Virus record (IMG/VR): IMGVR_UViG_3300044652_000033
Location: 1 to 26,832 of that record
DNA from: a virus
Lineage: Duplodnaviria > Caudoviricetes
Length of the DNA stretch: 26,832 bases
Reading direction: 5' to 3' (one strand)
The stretch's first letter is position 1, and each line of letters starts with the position of its first letter. The notes under the pieces are model-generated. The model was not told the DNA's origin, ran no database searches, and saw only the letters and a program-made list of their open reading frames with translations. Positions 8,641 through 16,409 of this stretch are shown here, piece after piece. Position numbers and translations under genes: made by a program.

Positions 8641-9230
8641 TGTTTACTTGTCGGACGAAACCCTTGTATTTCGCTCGGCTCTGGCTGTGCGGAGCCGGAG
8701 AGGGCGGCGCGGGCGATTTTGCGATCACTTTCATTCGCGCTGTACAGGTTGATATAGTCCAGCGCCTTCCGCAGCCGCGCAATCTCGGCGCGGAGGTCGT
8801 CGGACTGGCGCTCCAGGTCGAGAATCTTGTCGTGTTGTTGGGACGCCAGCCGCGCGAACTGCGCCTGCGCCTGCGCGGCCTTCAGGAACAGATCAATCGC
8901 AGCCTGCCACTCCGTCCAATCGAGGAACCCGGCCGCAACGTACGCGCCGTGCAGGCGCTTTACGATCTCGTGATACAACTTGGCATCGTCCCGCAGCCGC
9001 TCCATCTCCCGCCGCACTTCATCGAGAGAGGCACGGACCTGATCGCGATAGACTACGCAATCCGGGCATGGCTTGCCTCCCCATGCGGCAGCGTGCTCCT
9101 CTGGCGTGTCCGTCTCGTAAGTGGTCCACATCCGATACGGAACCGTGCCTTTCCCGCCACATTTCACGCACTTCGGGTTGTGGGGCAACAGCGCCGCCTC
9201 GATCCGGTCCCAATGCTCGTCTACCGTCAT
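8637..9230 (-). CDS. Hypothetical protein with CxxCGGKG...CPDC zinc finger and coiled coil
   Basis: Start revised to ATG 9230 (MTVDEHW) with GGAGG SD. Confidence 0.65.
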   Translation of the reverse strand: MTVDEHWDRIEAALLPHNPKCVKCGGKGTVPYRMWTTYETDTPEEHAAAWGGKPCPDCVVYRDQVRASLDEVRREMERLRDDAKLYHEIVKRLHGAYVAAGFLDWTEWQAAIDLFLKAAQAQAQFARLASQQHDKILDLERQSDDLRAEIARLRKALDYINLYSANESDRKIARAALSGSAQPEPSEIQGFRPTSKQ

Positions 9231-9388
9231 TTTGCCTCCATGAGATCGGCGCATGTCCAATCCCAATTGCGGTCCCCGCGCTTCCACTCATCGGCGCAAT
9301 GGTTGCACAGTACTACGTTCCAGCGTTCGTAATAGCGAAGGTCACCCAACGCCCAGAGCTTTTTGCAGCAGTCGCATGGATCTGTCAT
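9227..9388 (-). CDS. Small Cys-rich protein (53 aa, MTDPCDCCKKLWALG...LCNHCADEW...), not in the ORF track
   Basis: Translated by hand; ATGA overlaps at both ends, SD GAGGAG, fills the gap exactly. Confidence 0.6.
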   Translation of the reverse strand: MTDPCDCCKKLWALGDLRYYERWNVVLCNHCADEWKRGDRNWDWTCADLMEAK

Positions 9389-9402
9389 TGCCCCTTCTCC
9401 TC
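9384..9402. repeat. 19-bp direct repeat copy 1 (minus strand GAGGAGAAGGGGCAATGAC)
   Basis: Identical to 9599-9617. Confidence 0.85.
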
Positions 9403-9603
9403 TATCGGCATATGAACAATAGCGTCCTCGCCCTCGCCTATCAGCATCCAGCCACCCGAACCGTTTCCATCCTCATAGCGCACAGCGCAATCCTCAAGAT
9501 GCTCCGCCTCCATCAACTCAGCAGCGGCAAATGCGACATCCCGCGCATCCACGTTGGTTTTGGTGCCTCTCAAAATCTTTTGGTGGTAAATCTTTACCGT
9601 CAT
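9385..9603 (-). CDS. Hypothetical protein (72 aa)
   Basis: ATGA overlaps at both ends; SD present. Confidence 0.65.
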   Translation of the reverse strand: MTVKIYHQKILRGTKTNVDARDVAFAAAELMEAEHLEDCAVRYEDGNGSGGWMLIGEGEDAIVHMPIEEKGQ

Positions 9604-9617
9604 TGCCCCTTCTCCTC
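9599..9617. repeat. 19-bp direct repeat copy 2
   Basis: Identical to 9384-9402. Confidence 0.85.
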
Positions 9618-10217
9618 CAACCGCTGCATAGCGATATACACCGCCTCCCGCAACTCTGCGATCTTGCCAAACTCTCGCGCCCTCCTAAAGTACTCCAGAA
9701 ACGTACCGCGAGCCGGAAGTTCTCCAAAGTCAATCCCCAGACTTTGAACGATCCCGACCTGCATGTGATACGGAAGGCTGAGGAATTTGCGCGCCAGCTG
9801 AAATGTGTCCATAGCTTTTTGGACTGCTACAGACTCGGTGGGCTCCTTGATTGACTGGTAATCACCATCGGCAGTCCTCACCCAATTTTTGCGCGTCTGG
9901 ACCTCGGCGAATTTTCGCTCCATCGCCTCCAGCCATTGCTGCACCGTAAAGCCTGCGCGTTTCAGCGAATGCAGCAACAGCATTCCACAATCCGCCCACT
10001 CCTCCAGATCGTCTGGATGCTCGCGCACCTCGTCCACTTCCTTTTTTAGGTGGCTCAGTTTGCTGTCCAGCGTTTCGTCAGGGAATATACCGCGCGCCCA
10101 TTCGTCGTGCCGGTCCACGAAGTCTTGAAGTTTTTTGTTTTCCATATAATCGCGCAACCTGTAATAGTCCGCTTCAGTGAAGGGAACGCATTCCTCGAAC
10201 CAGGTTGAGTCGTCCAT
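9600..10217 (-). CDS. DUF550/MazG-like dATP/dGTP pyrophosphohydrolase with an extra C-terminal helical domain
   Basis: EWARGIFP...KLSHLKKEVDEV...DLEEWADCGMLLL...AG...K....RKNW all-alpha NTP-PPase pattern; start revised to ATG 10217 (TGATG overlap). Confidence 0.75.
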   Translation of the reverse strand: MDDSTWFEECVPFTEADYYRLRDYMENKKLQDFVDRHDEWARGIFPDETLDSKLSHLKKEVDEVREHPDDLEEWADCGMLLLHSLKRAGFTVQQWLEAMERKFAEVQTRKNWVRTADGDYQSIKEPTESVAVQKAMDTFQLARKFLSLPYHMQVGIVQSLGIDFGELPARGTFLEYFRRAREFGKIAELREAVYIAMQRLEEKGQ

Positions 10218-11005
10218 CAGTCCGCCACCATCGCCGCCCGCTGACAGCAAACGTCGAGGGCGCCAAAGGAACAATTGCGGAGGAGGAAATCGAGCGCTCG
10301 CCGCAGCTTGTCCTTCTCCGTTTTGGGAGCCGGCTGCATTTTCGCTCGCGGGTTCACGCCCATACAGTCGAGGCAATGCACGTAATCCCCTTCCTCCAAC
10401 GTGTCCTTGCCGCTGAAGGATTCTGGACGAATGTTGACACTGCCGCAACCACCGCATACGAGGCGGTCTTTCAGCACCTCGCCGAGCTTCCCTTCCGCAA
10501 ATACCAGCGACGGTAGAAACCAAACCTCCCAGAACTGACCAGAAGCTCCGCGCCGCGAACGCAGGCAATGAAATCCGTAGGACTCCAATTTGTCGGCTTC
10601 GTGCTTGTAGTTCTCTGGGCTGTAGTTGTAGCCGCAGAGGTGCTGGATCAAGATCGACGGATAGTTCCAGACCTCGATTGTGTCGAAGTCGAAGTTCTTG
10701 GGACCGCTGAAGTCCTGCGGCTTCTCACCAAAGAGCGGACGCTGGGCTCCTGGATTCCAATGCGGCGCAAGCGCTGAATCCACGGTCGGCTCGGGCAGCG
10801 GCTTGTGCTTTTCGCGCGTCTCCAACCGCCCTTCCTCGTCCACGCCAACCCATGAACATTGGGCGTCTATGGCGTGTCGGAATCGGTCCACTTCGCCCGT
10901 GAACAGATTGGTAACCGTCACCTCGCCTGTTGGGTCGTTGCCATGGTAACGAGTACCGAGCTTCATTCCGGCGATTCGTACTCTGGGCGCTTTTTCTTCG
11001 CTCAT
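10217..11005 (-). CDS. Hypothetical protein (262 aa) with CGGC...CLDC zinc ribbon
   Basis: Start revised to ATG 11005 (ATGA overlap); tiles with neighbours. Confidence 0.7.
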   Translation of the reverse strand: MSEEKAPRVRIAGMKLGTRYHGNDPTGEVTVTNLFTGEVDRFRHAIDAQCSWVGVDEEGRLETREKHKPLPEPTVDSALAPHWNPGAQRPLFGEKPQDFSGPKNFDFDTIEVWNYPSILIQHLCGYNYSPENYKHEADKLESYGFHCLRSRRGASGQFWEVWFLPSLVFAEGKLGEVLKDRLVCGGCGSVNIRPESFSGKDTLEEGDYVHCLDCMGVNPRAKMQPAPKTEKDKLRRALDFLLRNCSFGALDVCCQRAAMVAD

Positions 11006-11271
11006 GCCTTCAAGTAACCCAGCGTATCGAGCACCGCCAGGCCCTCCTTTGTCACCACCTGCCAACCGTTAAATCGCGTAATCAGGCCCTTTTTGTAAAG
11101 CGCCGACCGCGCTGTTTTGCTAATCAGGTTCCCGTCCCAGGTTGCGTTGCGCAACTGCGTTAATTGCTCTAGTTCCACAACGCTCAACATAGGACACTGC
11201 ATGAGCCGTCGCTGTCGGCATTCATCAACCGTTTCTGTTTCTGGATCGAAGTCGTACCAAGCCATGTTCAA
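11002..11271 (-). CDS. Hypothetical protein, possibly winged-helix-like
   Basis: Tiles with neighbours; KTARSALYKKGLI...GWQVVTKEG resembles a wHTH wing. Confidence 0.6.
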   Translation of the reverse strand: MNMAWYDFDPETETVDECRQRRLMQCPMLSVVELEQLTQLRNATWDGNLISKTARSALYKKGLITRFNGWQVVTKEGLAVLDTLGYLKA

Positions 11272-11693
11272 TTCGACCTCACATAGTTGTGTTCAGGATC
11301 GCCGTCCTTTTCGTGTCCGCGGTACTTGGCGCAGTATACCTTCAACCAAGGCTTAGACTCGTCTGTGGGATCGGGAACCTTTTTGAAGAATCGGCAATAC
11401 GGTCCGTGCTTTTTGCTTTGCGGAGGTCCCTGGAGGCGCTCTAATTCGTTGACCACACCTTCCACCTGATCCACCATCACCAGGTAATGCGTATCGCCCA
11501 ATTTCAAAGCCTCGCGAATGCCGTCCAGAACCTCGCCGTACGTCTGCGCGGCTTTGCGAAGATTGTAGACCCGCACGTACACGGGTTCCTTGCCAAAACG
11601 AGCAATGTCGTCTGGAAGGATGTCCGTGAAGGAATCAGCGGTGCAAATGCGATCTAGCGCCTTCAGCAGTTCCCTGCGGTCCTCGTCGTTCAT
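11268..11693 (-). CDS. Hypothetical protein (141 aa)
   Basis: Tiles with neighbours; C-terminal C/H cluster. Confidence 0.65.
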   Translation of the reverse strand: MNDEDRRELLKALDRICTADSFTDILPDDIARFGKEPVYVRVYNLRKAAQTYGEVLDGIREALKLGDTHYLVMVDQVEGVVNELERLQGPPQSKKHGPYCRFFKKVPDPTDESKPWLKVYCAKYRGHEKDGDPEHNYVRSN

Positions 11694-11699
11694 TGCACT

Positions 11700-11903
11700 T
11701 TAATCCTTGGAGGTGGCGCCCTCAACCAGTACATCTATTTCATGCTGCAAAAACCGCAACCTCGCCTCTATCGCTATCGTTGTTTCATGGGGGTAATCAT
11801 CGACGCGCGATTCCCAACCGCAAGAACAATGGGCGTAAAGGTACACAATTTTCCCTGAGTGTGTATGCCTTTCTCTGCGGATGTAAAACTCGTGCCCTGT
11901 CAT
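11700..11903 (-). CDS. Small hypothetical protein with HCSCGW motif
   Basis: ATGA overlap; the CxCGW motif is shared with the 1448..2065 protein. Confidence 0.6.
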   Translation of the reverse strand: MTGHEFYIRRERHTHSGKIVYLYAHCSCGWESRVDDYPHETTIAIEARLRFLQHEIDVLVEGATSKD

Positions 11904-12889
11904 GCGGTGAACCTCTTGCAGTTTTTATACAGCATCGAAAAAAGCCAGGCCGCGAACAGCCCCTCCTCCACCGGACCCATGGCCGTCAGTTCCTCGATAG
12001 CCGCAGCAGACTGTGCGGCGATTTTCCCGCTGTCGTTGAGGAGGATCGCGCGCAGGTACCCAACCACCGCGCGTCGAATGTCGAAGGTCTGGTCGGGAGA
12101 GGCGCGCTTCAATTCCGATTTCACCGCAGCCCAATCGCCTCGCGTAAGCGACTGGCAAATGCGCAGCGCCACTGCCGCCACCGCGTCTCCTGTCGATACC
12201 GCTTCCTTGGCACCAGCACCCGCGATGTATTTTTCCAGCGATTGCAAAATGACCCCAGGCGACGTAATCCCAAACGTGTGGATGTGCTCGATAAACGGAT
12301 CCAGATCCTTCTGGAACCCGACGGACTTGGCGGCGCGCTTGATGAGCTTTTCCACGCCGATGGGACCCAGCGGCTTGACGTTGTATATCGCGCAGCGGCG
12401 CTTGAGGGTCGGAAGGATTTTCGACGGGTTCGTGGTGCAGATGAACCAAGCCGTGGTCTTCGGGCAGTCCTCAAAGGGTTTCAGCAAAAGATTCTGGCTG
12501 GCGGAGGACAGATTGTGCGCTTCGTCCAGAATGTACACGCGATAGCGGCTGGGCGGAGCCGGCTGATACATCGCCGTGGACGCCACCTGCCTGATCTCGT
12601 CAATCCCGTTCACGTCGGAGGCGTTGATCTCAACTACGGAAAAATTCGTCGCCTTCGCGAGGCACTGGTCGCAGGGCTCGCCAAACTGCTCCTGGTGCGC
12701 GCATTGCAAGCTCATCGCCATGATGCGCGCCAGCGTCGTTTTCCCGCCACCCGACGCGCCAATGAACATCCAGGTTCTCGGTACGCGCTTCGAAGCCACC
12801 TGCGCCCGGATGGATTCGATGATTTCTTTCTGCCCGACCGTTTCCGAAAAACGCTTGGGGCGCAGGGACAGCTGGAGAATGTCACCCAT
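11900..12889 (-). CDS. dnaX: Clamp loader AAA+ ATPase, DNA polymerase III gamma/tau-like
   Basis: LRPKRFSETVGQ, GASGGGKTTLARI, Zn motif C..EPCDQC, EINASD, ILDEAHNLS, LKRRC. Confidence 0.88.
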   Translation of the reverse strand: MGDILQLSLRPKRFSETVGQKEIIESIRAQVASKRVPRTWMFIGASGGGKTTLARIMAMSLQCAHQEQFGEPCDQCLAKATNFSVVEINASDVNGIDEIRQVASTAMYQPAPPSRYRVYILDEAHNLSSASQNLLLKPFEDCPKTTAWFICTTNPSKILPTLKRRCAIYNVKPLGPIGVEKLIKRAAKSVGFQKDLDPFIEHIHTFGITSPGVILQSLEKYIAGAGAKEAVSTGDAVAAVALRICQSLTRGDWAAVKSELKRASPDQTFDIRRAVVGYLRAILLNDSGKIAAQSAAAIEELTAMGPVEEGLFAAWLFSMLYKNCKRFTA

Positions 12890-13170
12890 TATGCTATCCT
12901 ACGCAAACCGCGATGCGGTAAGGCGCACTTCACGCGGACAGACAACTGATGATTGTTGAACTGGCGATGCAACTCCCATTCATTGACCTGCTGGCGCGCC
13001 TCGCGCCCGTCTGAACTGATCTCGAAGCGCTCGCTGGACACGTTCCATTGCACCCACTTTCGGTAGCAGATGGAACCGAAAATGTTCTGGTTCAGTTCCT
13101 CTGCCTGCGCTATCGAAAGACCGCGCCTGCGCACGATCTCATCCAACATCTTCAGTTGTCGTATCGTCAT
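12889..13170 (-). CDS. Hypothetical protein (93 aa)
   Basis: Start revised to ATG 13170 (ATGA overlap). Confidence 0.6.
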   Translation of the reverse strand: MTIRQLKMLDEIVRRRGLSIAQAEELNQNIFGSICYRKWVQWNVSSERFEISSDGREARQQVNEWELHRQFNNHQLSVRVKCALPHRGLRRIA

Positions 13171-13364
13171 ATCTGGTCTGCCAAGAGCGGAAACCGCTCC
13201 CTCTCCCATTGTTTTATTAGCTCCAGACTCGCTTCCTCGAACGATTTGCGAATGCAGACACCGCAGATCGTGAGGTCAAATTTATTCCGCGCAATGCGCC
13301 GCAGTTCCTCGCGTCGATCCGACAACTGCCAGCACCGCGTGCAACGCAGGTAGGTGGTAATCAT
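13167..13364 (-). CDS. Small zinc-finger-like protein (CTRC...CGVC)
   Basis: Start revised to ATG 13364 (ATGA overlap, GGAGG SD). Confidence 0.6.
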   Translation of the reverse strand: MITTYLRCTRCWQLSDRREELRRIARNKFDLTICGVCIRKSFEEASLELIKQWERERFPLLADQI

Positions 13365-13759
13365 GCGTCCTCCGCTGCGCATTCATTCGAGCAGTACACA
13401 GCTACTTGCGTGGGCGGGAGCGGTTTGCGGCAGCGCGGGTTCTCGCACTTGCGCCCGTTCGGATGGCTTTTGGGCGACAGCCAGCCTTTGCCTTTGCAGG
13501 TCGGGCATTCTGAACCTCGTCCGCCACCCCAACCACCGCAGGCGTCGCATTGCACGCTGTCCGCTGGGAAATTGCTATCGCGAGGAATCGGACCATCGGC
13601 GCCCACCGACACTCGCCAAACTGGATTTTTGGTCGTGCGGTAGATTTCATAGCCGCATTTTCCGCAGCGGTTAAAGAAACGCGCGTCTTGTCCGCCTGTG
13701 CGATGCAGGATGGCCGGCTCATGAGTTCCAGGCTCGCAGGGATACGCTTCGATGGGCAT
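13361..13759 (-). CDS. Cys-rich protein with DnaJ-like CxxCxGxG repeats and YCSNEC finger
   Basis: CDACGGWG, CPTCKGKG, CENPRC...YCSNEC. Confidence 0.65.
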   Translation of the reverse strand: MPIEAYPCEPGTHEPAILHRTGGQDARFFNRCGKCGYEIYRTTKNPVWRVSVGADGPIPRDSNFPADSVQCDACGGWGGGRGSECPTCKGKGWLSPKSHPNGRKCENPRCRKPLPPTQVAVYCSNECAAEDA

Positions 13760-13953
13760 TATTTTCCCTCCGGAGGTCGGTAGGTCTCGGAGAACCCAAT
13801 CATGGTTTCGCTGAACTCCTGAAACATATTATCCAGCATTACCTTCATTGGGACCCAAGGAAACCGCGCGTGCCGCAACTGGATTTCTGGTAGCTCTTTT
13901 TCGTTGACGAACTCGTGGCCGTCGTCGCTGATGGCTTGGAACTTGATCTTCAT
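13759..13953 (-). CDS. Hypothetical protein (64 aa)
   Basis: ATGA and TAATG overlaps. Confidence 0.6.
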   Translation of the reverse strand: MKIKFQAISDDGHEFVNEKELPEIQLRHARFPWVPMKVMLDNMFQEFSETMIGFSETYRPPEGK

Positions 13954-14948
13954 GGTTTCTTTGCCGCCTTTTTCTTCGCCTTCCTCAGGATCTGGTTACC
14001 GTAGCGAGAAGGACCGTTGAAATAAATCTTGTATGGGCACTTCTCTCCTTGGAGCCCGCCCGCTTTGTTTTTGTAATTGCGAATCTCGCCCTTCAGCCCG
14101 ATCAGACCGCCACCCGTGCTCTGAACGATGCGTCCGCCCTCCGTCGTCTGCATTCGATTTCGCACGTGGCAGTAGAACTTCAGCGCCTTGCCGCCCGTCG
14201 TTGTTTCAGGATTGCCAAAGTAGGTATTTGGGTCAATTCGTAGCTGGTTGATAAAAAGAATGGTGGCGTTGTACGCCTGCGCAATCCCGATCCAGCGCCG
14301 CAGCAATCGCGACAGAAAACTGGCGAGCGACAACTTGGTGCGCATGTTCTGTTCCGTCACTCCGCCAGCCGCCTCGTCGTCCGTCAGCAGGGCGGTGACG
14401 CTATCGACGCACCAGAACTGCTTGCCCTTCGGATCGGCGTGGTAAAGCTCCGCCATCATTTGTTCCTGGGCGGCGCAGAGTTCCTCGGCCGTGCTCAGGC
14501 GCGGCTGGTCCTCCATGATGAACTTTTGCTTGCCCGTGTTCTTATCGACCTCGACCTTTTTGGGGAATATCCCAACAAACGGCTGGATGAGATGCAATTT
14601 GGCGTTGTCCACTCCGCGCTTCGCTGCCCAGGCGTCGTCGTAGGAGTTCTCTGCGTCCGTCCAGCCTGTGTAAGCGCCGTCGTTTTGCGCCATGGCAATC
14701 AAGTCCATCGCCGTGGCGGTTTTTCCGTTCGATGGATTACCAGCCACCTCCAGCAGCTTGCCGTAAGCGATACCTAATTTTGGATGCCCCCAAACTCCGT
14801 TCAGTTTTTCGTCGCCCGTGTCCAGGTAACAGCGCGGCGGCGGTTCGAGCGCCATGTAGTGCAGGCGCTGGCGCACCGCGTCTACATCGACGCTGGGAAT
14901 GCCGGTCAGCTTTTTGGGCATGACCTTCACGTTTTGCTTTGCTGGCAT
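13950..14948 (-). CDS. recA: RecA-like recombinase
   Basis: GNPSNGKT Walker A, DAENSYD, VDSVTAL, FINQLR, GNPETTTGGKALKFY. Confidence 0.9.
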   Translation of the reverse strand: MPAKQNVKVMPKKLTGIPSVDVDAVRQRLHYMALEPPPRCYLDTGDEKLNGVWGHPKLGIAYGKLLEVAGNPSNGKTATAMDLIAMAQNDGAYTGWTDAENSYDDAWAAKRGVDNAKLHLIQPFVGIFPKKVEVDKNTGKQKFIMEDQPRLSTAEELCAAQEQMMAELYHADPKGKQFWCVDSVTALLTDDEAAGGVTEQNMRTKLSLASFLSRLLRRWIGIAQAYNATILFINQLRIDPNTYFGNPETTTGGKALKFYCHVRNRMQTTEGGRIVQSTGGGLIGLKGEIRNYKNKAGGLQGEKCPYKIYFNGPSRYGNQILRKAKKKAAKKP

Positions 14949-14956
14949 ATGGATGC

Positions 14957-14968
14957 GTTATACAGGAA
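14957..14968 (-). promoter_or_regulatory. Variant promoter-like motif TTCCTGTATAAC, 8 nt before the recA ATG
   Basis: Resembles TTCCTGTACAAT at 26754-26765; recA has no obvious SD. Confidence 0.35.
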
Positions 14969-15026
14969 AAGGGGACTGCCAAATTCGCCCCTGTCAAAAA
15001 GCGAACCCAACAAGTCCCCTCCCTCC
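14965..15026 (-). other. Long RNA stem-loop between ssb and recA (processing site or terminator/attenuator)
   Basis: GGAGGGAGGGGACTTGTTGGGTTCGCTTTT-TGAC-AGGGGCGAATTTGGCAGTCCCCTTTTCC pairs over about 28 bp with many G-U pairs. Confidence 0.6.
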
Positions 15027-15042
15027 CCCTAGGGAAGCTCGT

Positions 15043-15250
15043 TTACTTTTTCTTGGCCGGAGGAGCGGCCTTTTTAACCGGCGCTGCTCCCTTTTTCACC
15101 GGCGGAACGGGTTTCTTAGCCGGAGCGGGTGGCGGAGCCGCCTTCTTGGCCGGAGCAGCGGGAGCAGCAGCCTTTTTAGCAGGCAGGGGCGCGGCCTTTT
15201 TCGCCGGCGGAACGGGTTTCTTGGCCGGAACTGTCTTTTTGGGCGGCGGA
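15043..15250 (-). repeat. Imperfect repeats encoding P(A/V)KK histone-H1-like tail
   Basis: PKKTVPAKKPVPPAKKAAPLPAKKAAAPAAPAKK... Confidence 0.8.
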
Positions 15251-16260
15251 GGAGCCTCTTCCTCTTCCTCCTCGGCCAGTTCCTCCTCTTCCTCGGCCTC
15301 CTCTGCGTCGAGGGCCTCTTCCAATTCCTCTTCGTCGGGCATTTCTTCCACGTCCTCGTCAGCCACTTCCTCTTCCTCCTCTTCGGCTTCGGATTCTTCC
15401 TCCTCAGCCTCTTCCTCCTCAGCCTCTTCCTCCTCAGCCTCTTCCTCCTCCTCGACCTCCTCAGCGTCCTCGGACACGTCGGAGTCCTCCTCTTCGGCTT
15501 CCTCCTCTTCGCCCTCTTCCTCGGCTTCGGCTTCCTCCTCCTCCGTTTCCTCGGTCTCGGTCTCGTCCTCCTCGGGCTCCTCGTCCTCCTCGTCGCGGGT
15601 CTTTTTGTTTTTGTCGTCGCCCGTGTTGTAGAACGCTTCCTTCTGCTCCGCCTCCGTGTACTTCGGGACCAGGTCCTCGAGGGGCTTCAGCTTTTTGAGC
15701 AGCGTCGGATCCGCGGCGGAGGGTTCGTCGTCGGGCTCCAGCGTACCGTACTTGGTGTTCATCCCGGTGCCGGTGCGCGTAAAGTTGATGTTGTAGCCCT
15801 TTTTCGGGCTGTCGTACGAACGCCGAGGGCTGGTGAGAAGCCCCATCACCTGCGCCCACATGCTTTTGGGACCGCCCATCGTCAGCAGCCAGGGAATCGG
15901 TCCCGTCCACATGCCGCTGTCCTGGTCGAGGACGCCGATTTGAATAATACAGTCCTCCTCGATCCGCATTGCCTCTGCCATCGCCTGCTTCGAACGCTTC
16001 TCCGACGCAGCGAGTTTAGGGATCATCACGTCGCACAGCCAGCACTTGCCCGCGCGCGTATCGAAGTCCTTGCCGCACCGCACGAAACGCTCCTGTTTCC
16101 CGACGTTGCGATGCGACAGAAACTCGATGTAGGGGGCGTTTTCCGTTCCCTTTTTGTTCGGAAGGATGCGGACGGTGTTGTTGGCTACCGCCTTGAAGTA
16201 CTGCCCTTGCTCCTTCTCCTTCATTCGCGCCCGGGCGCGATCTTTCCAGTCACCAGCCAT
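15043..16260 (-). CDS. gp32-like single-stranded DNA-binding protein with long acidic linker and basic PAKK-repeat tail
   Basis: NTVRILP, H...RCGK...KCWLCD Zn site, GYNINFTRTGTGMNTKY; lies between polymerase and recA. Confidence 0.75.
   Translation of the reverse strand: MAGDWKDRARARMKEKEQGQYFKAVANNTVRILPNKKGTENAPYIEFLSHRNVGKQERFVRCGKDFDTRAGKCWLCDVMIPKLAASEKRSKQAMAEAMRIEEDCIIQIGVLDQDSGMWTGPIPWLLTMGGPKSMWAQVMGLLTSPRRSYDSPKKGYNINFTRTGTGMNTKYGTLEPDDEPSAADPTLLKKLKPLEDLVPKYTEAEQKEAFYNTGDDKNKKTRDEEDEEPEEDETETEETEEEEAEAEEEGEEEEAEEEDSDVSEDAEEVEEEEEAEEEEAEEEEAEEEESEAEEEEEEVADEDVEEMPDEEELEEALDAEEAEEEEELAEEEEEEAPPPPKKTVPAKKPVPPAKKAAPLPAKKAAAPAAPAKKAAPPPAPAKKPVPPVKKGAAPVKKAAPPAKKK
15395..15450. repeat. 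15-bp tandem repeat TCTTCCTCCTCAGCC, about 3.7 copies (encodes AEEEE)
   Basis: Units start at 15395, 15410, 15425 and (partial) 15440. Confidence 0.85.
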
Positions 16261-16262
16261 CT

Positions 16263-16406
16263 TTACCTGTGCTCCTTTTGCGTTAGATATTCCATCAAGC
16301 TCCGGCGTTTTTCAGCGAAATACGTCCGGACGCAAATCCTGGCCACGATCCAAACGACAAGCAAGCCCAGAACGCAGCCCCAAACCACTCGCAGATACCA
16401 GTCCAT
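16263..16406 (-). CDS. Small single-TM membrane protein (47 aa, MDWYLRVVWGCVLGLLVVWIVARICVRTYF...), not in the ORF track
   Basis: Translated by hand; fills the gap, has a hydrophobic segment, and its 3' end holds the AAGGAG SD of ssb. Confidence 0.6.
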   Translation of the reverse strand: MDWYLRVVWGCVLGLLVVWIVARICVRTYFAEKRRSLMEYLTQKEHR

Positions 16407-16409
16407 CGT

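Noticed and set aside
10218-10568. N-terminal extension of the DUF550 ORF
   Set aside because: Out-of-frame overlap with the upstream gene; a TGATG coupled start exists at 10217
11693-12949. 418-aa plus-strand ORF
   Set aside because: Antisense to the clear dnaX-like gene; no motifs
14957-14997. Sigma70 promoter TTGACA...TATAAC before recA
   Set aside because: Spacing is 29 nt, far from 17; TTGACA lies at the hairpin loop
15260-15600. Repetitive tract as a CRISPR array or satellite
   Set aside because: No repeat-spacer structure; it is in-frame Glu-rich coding sequence
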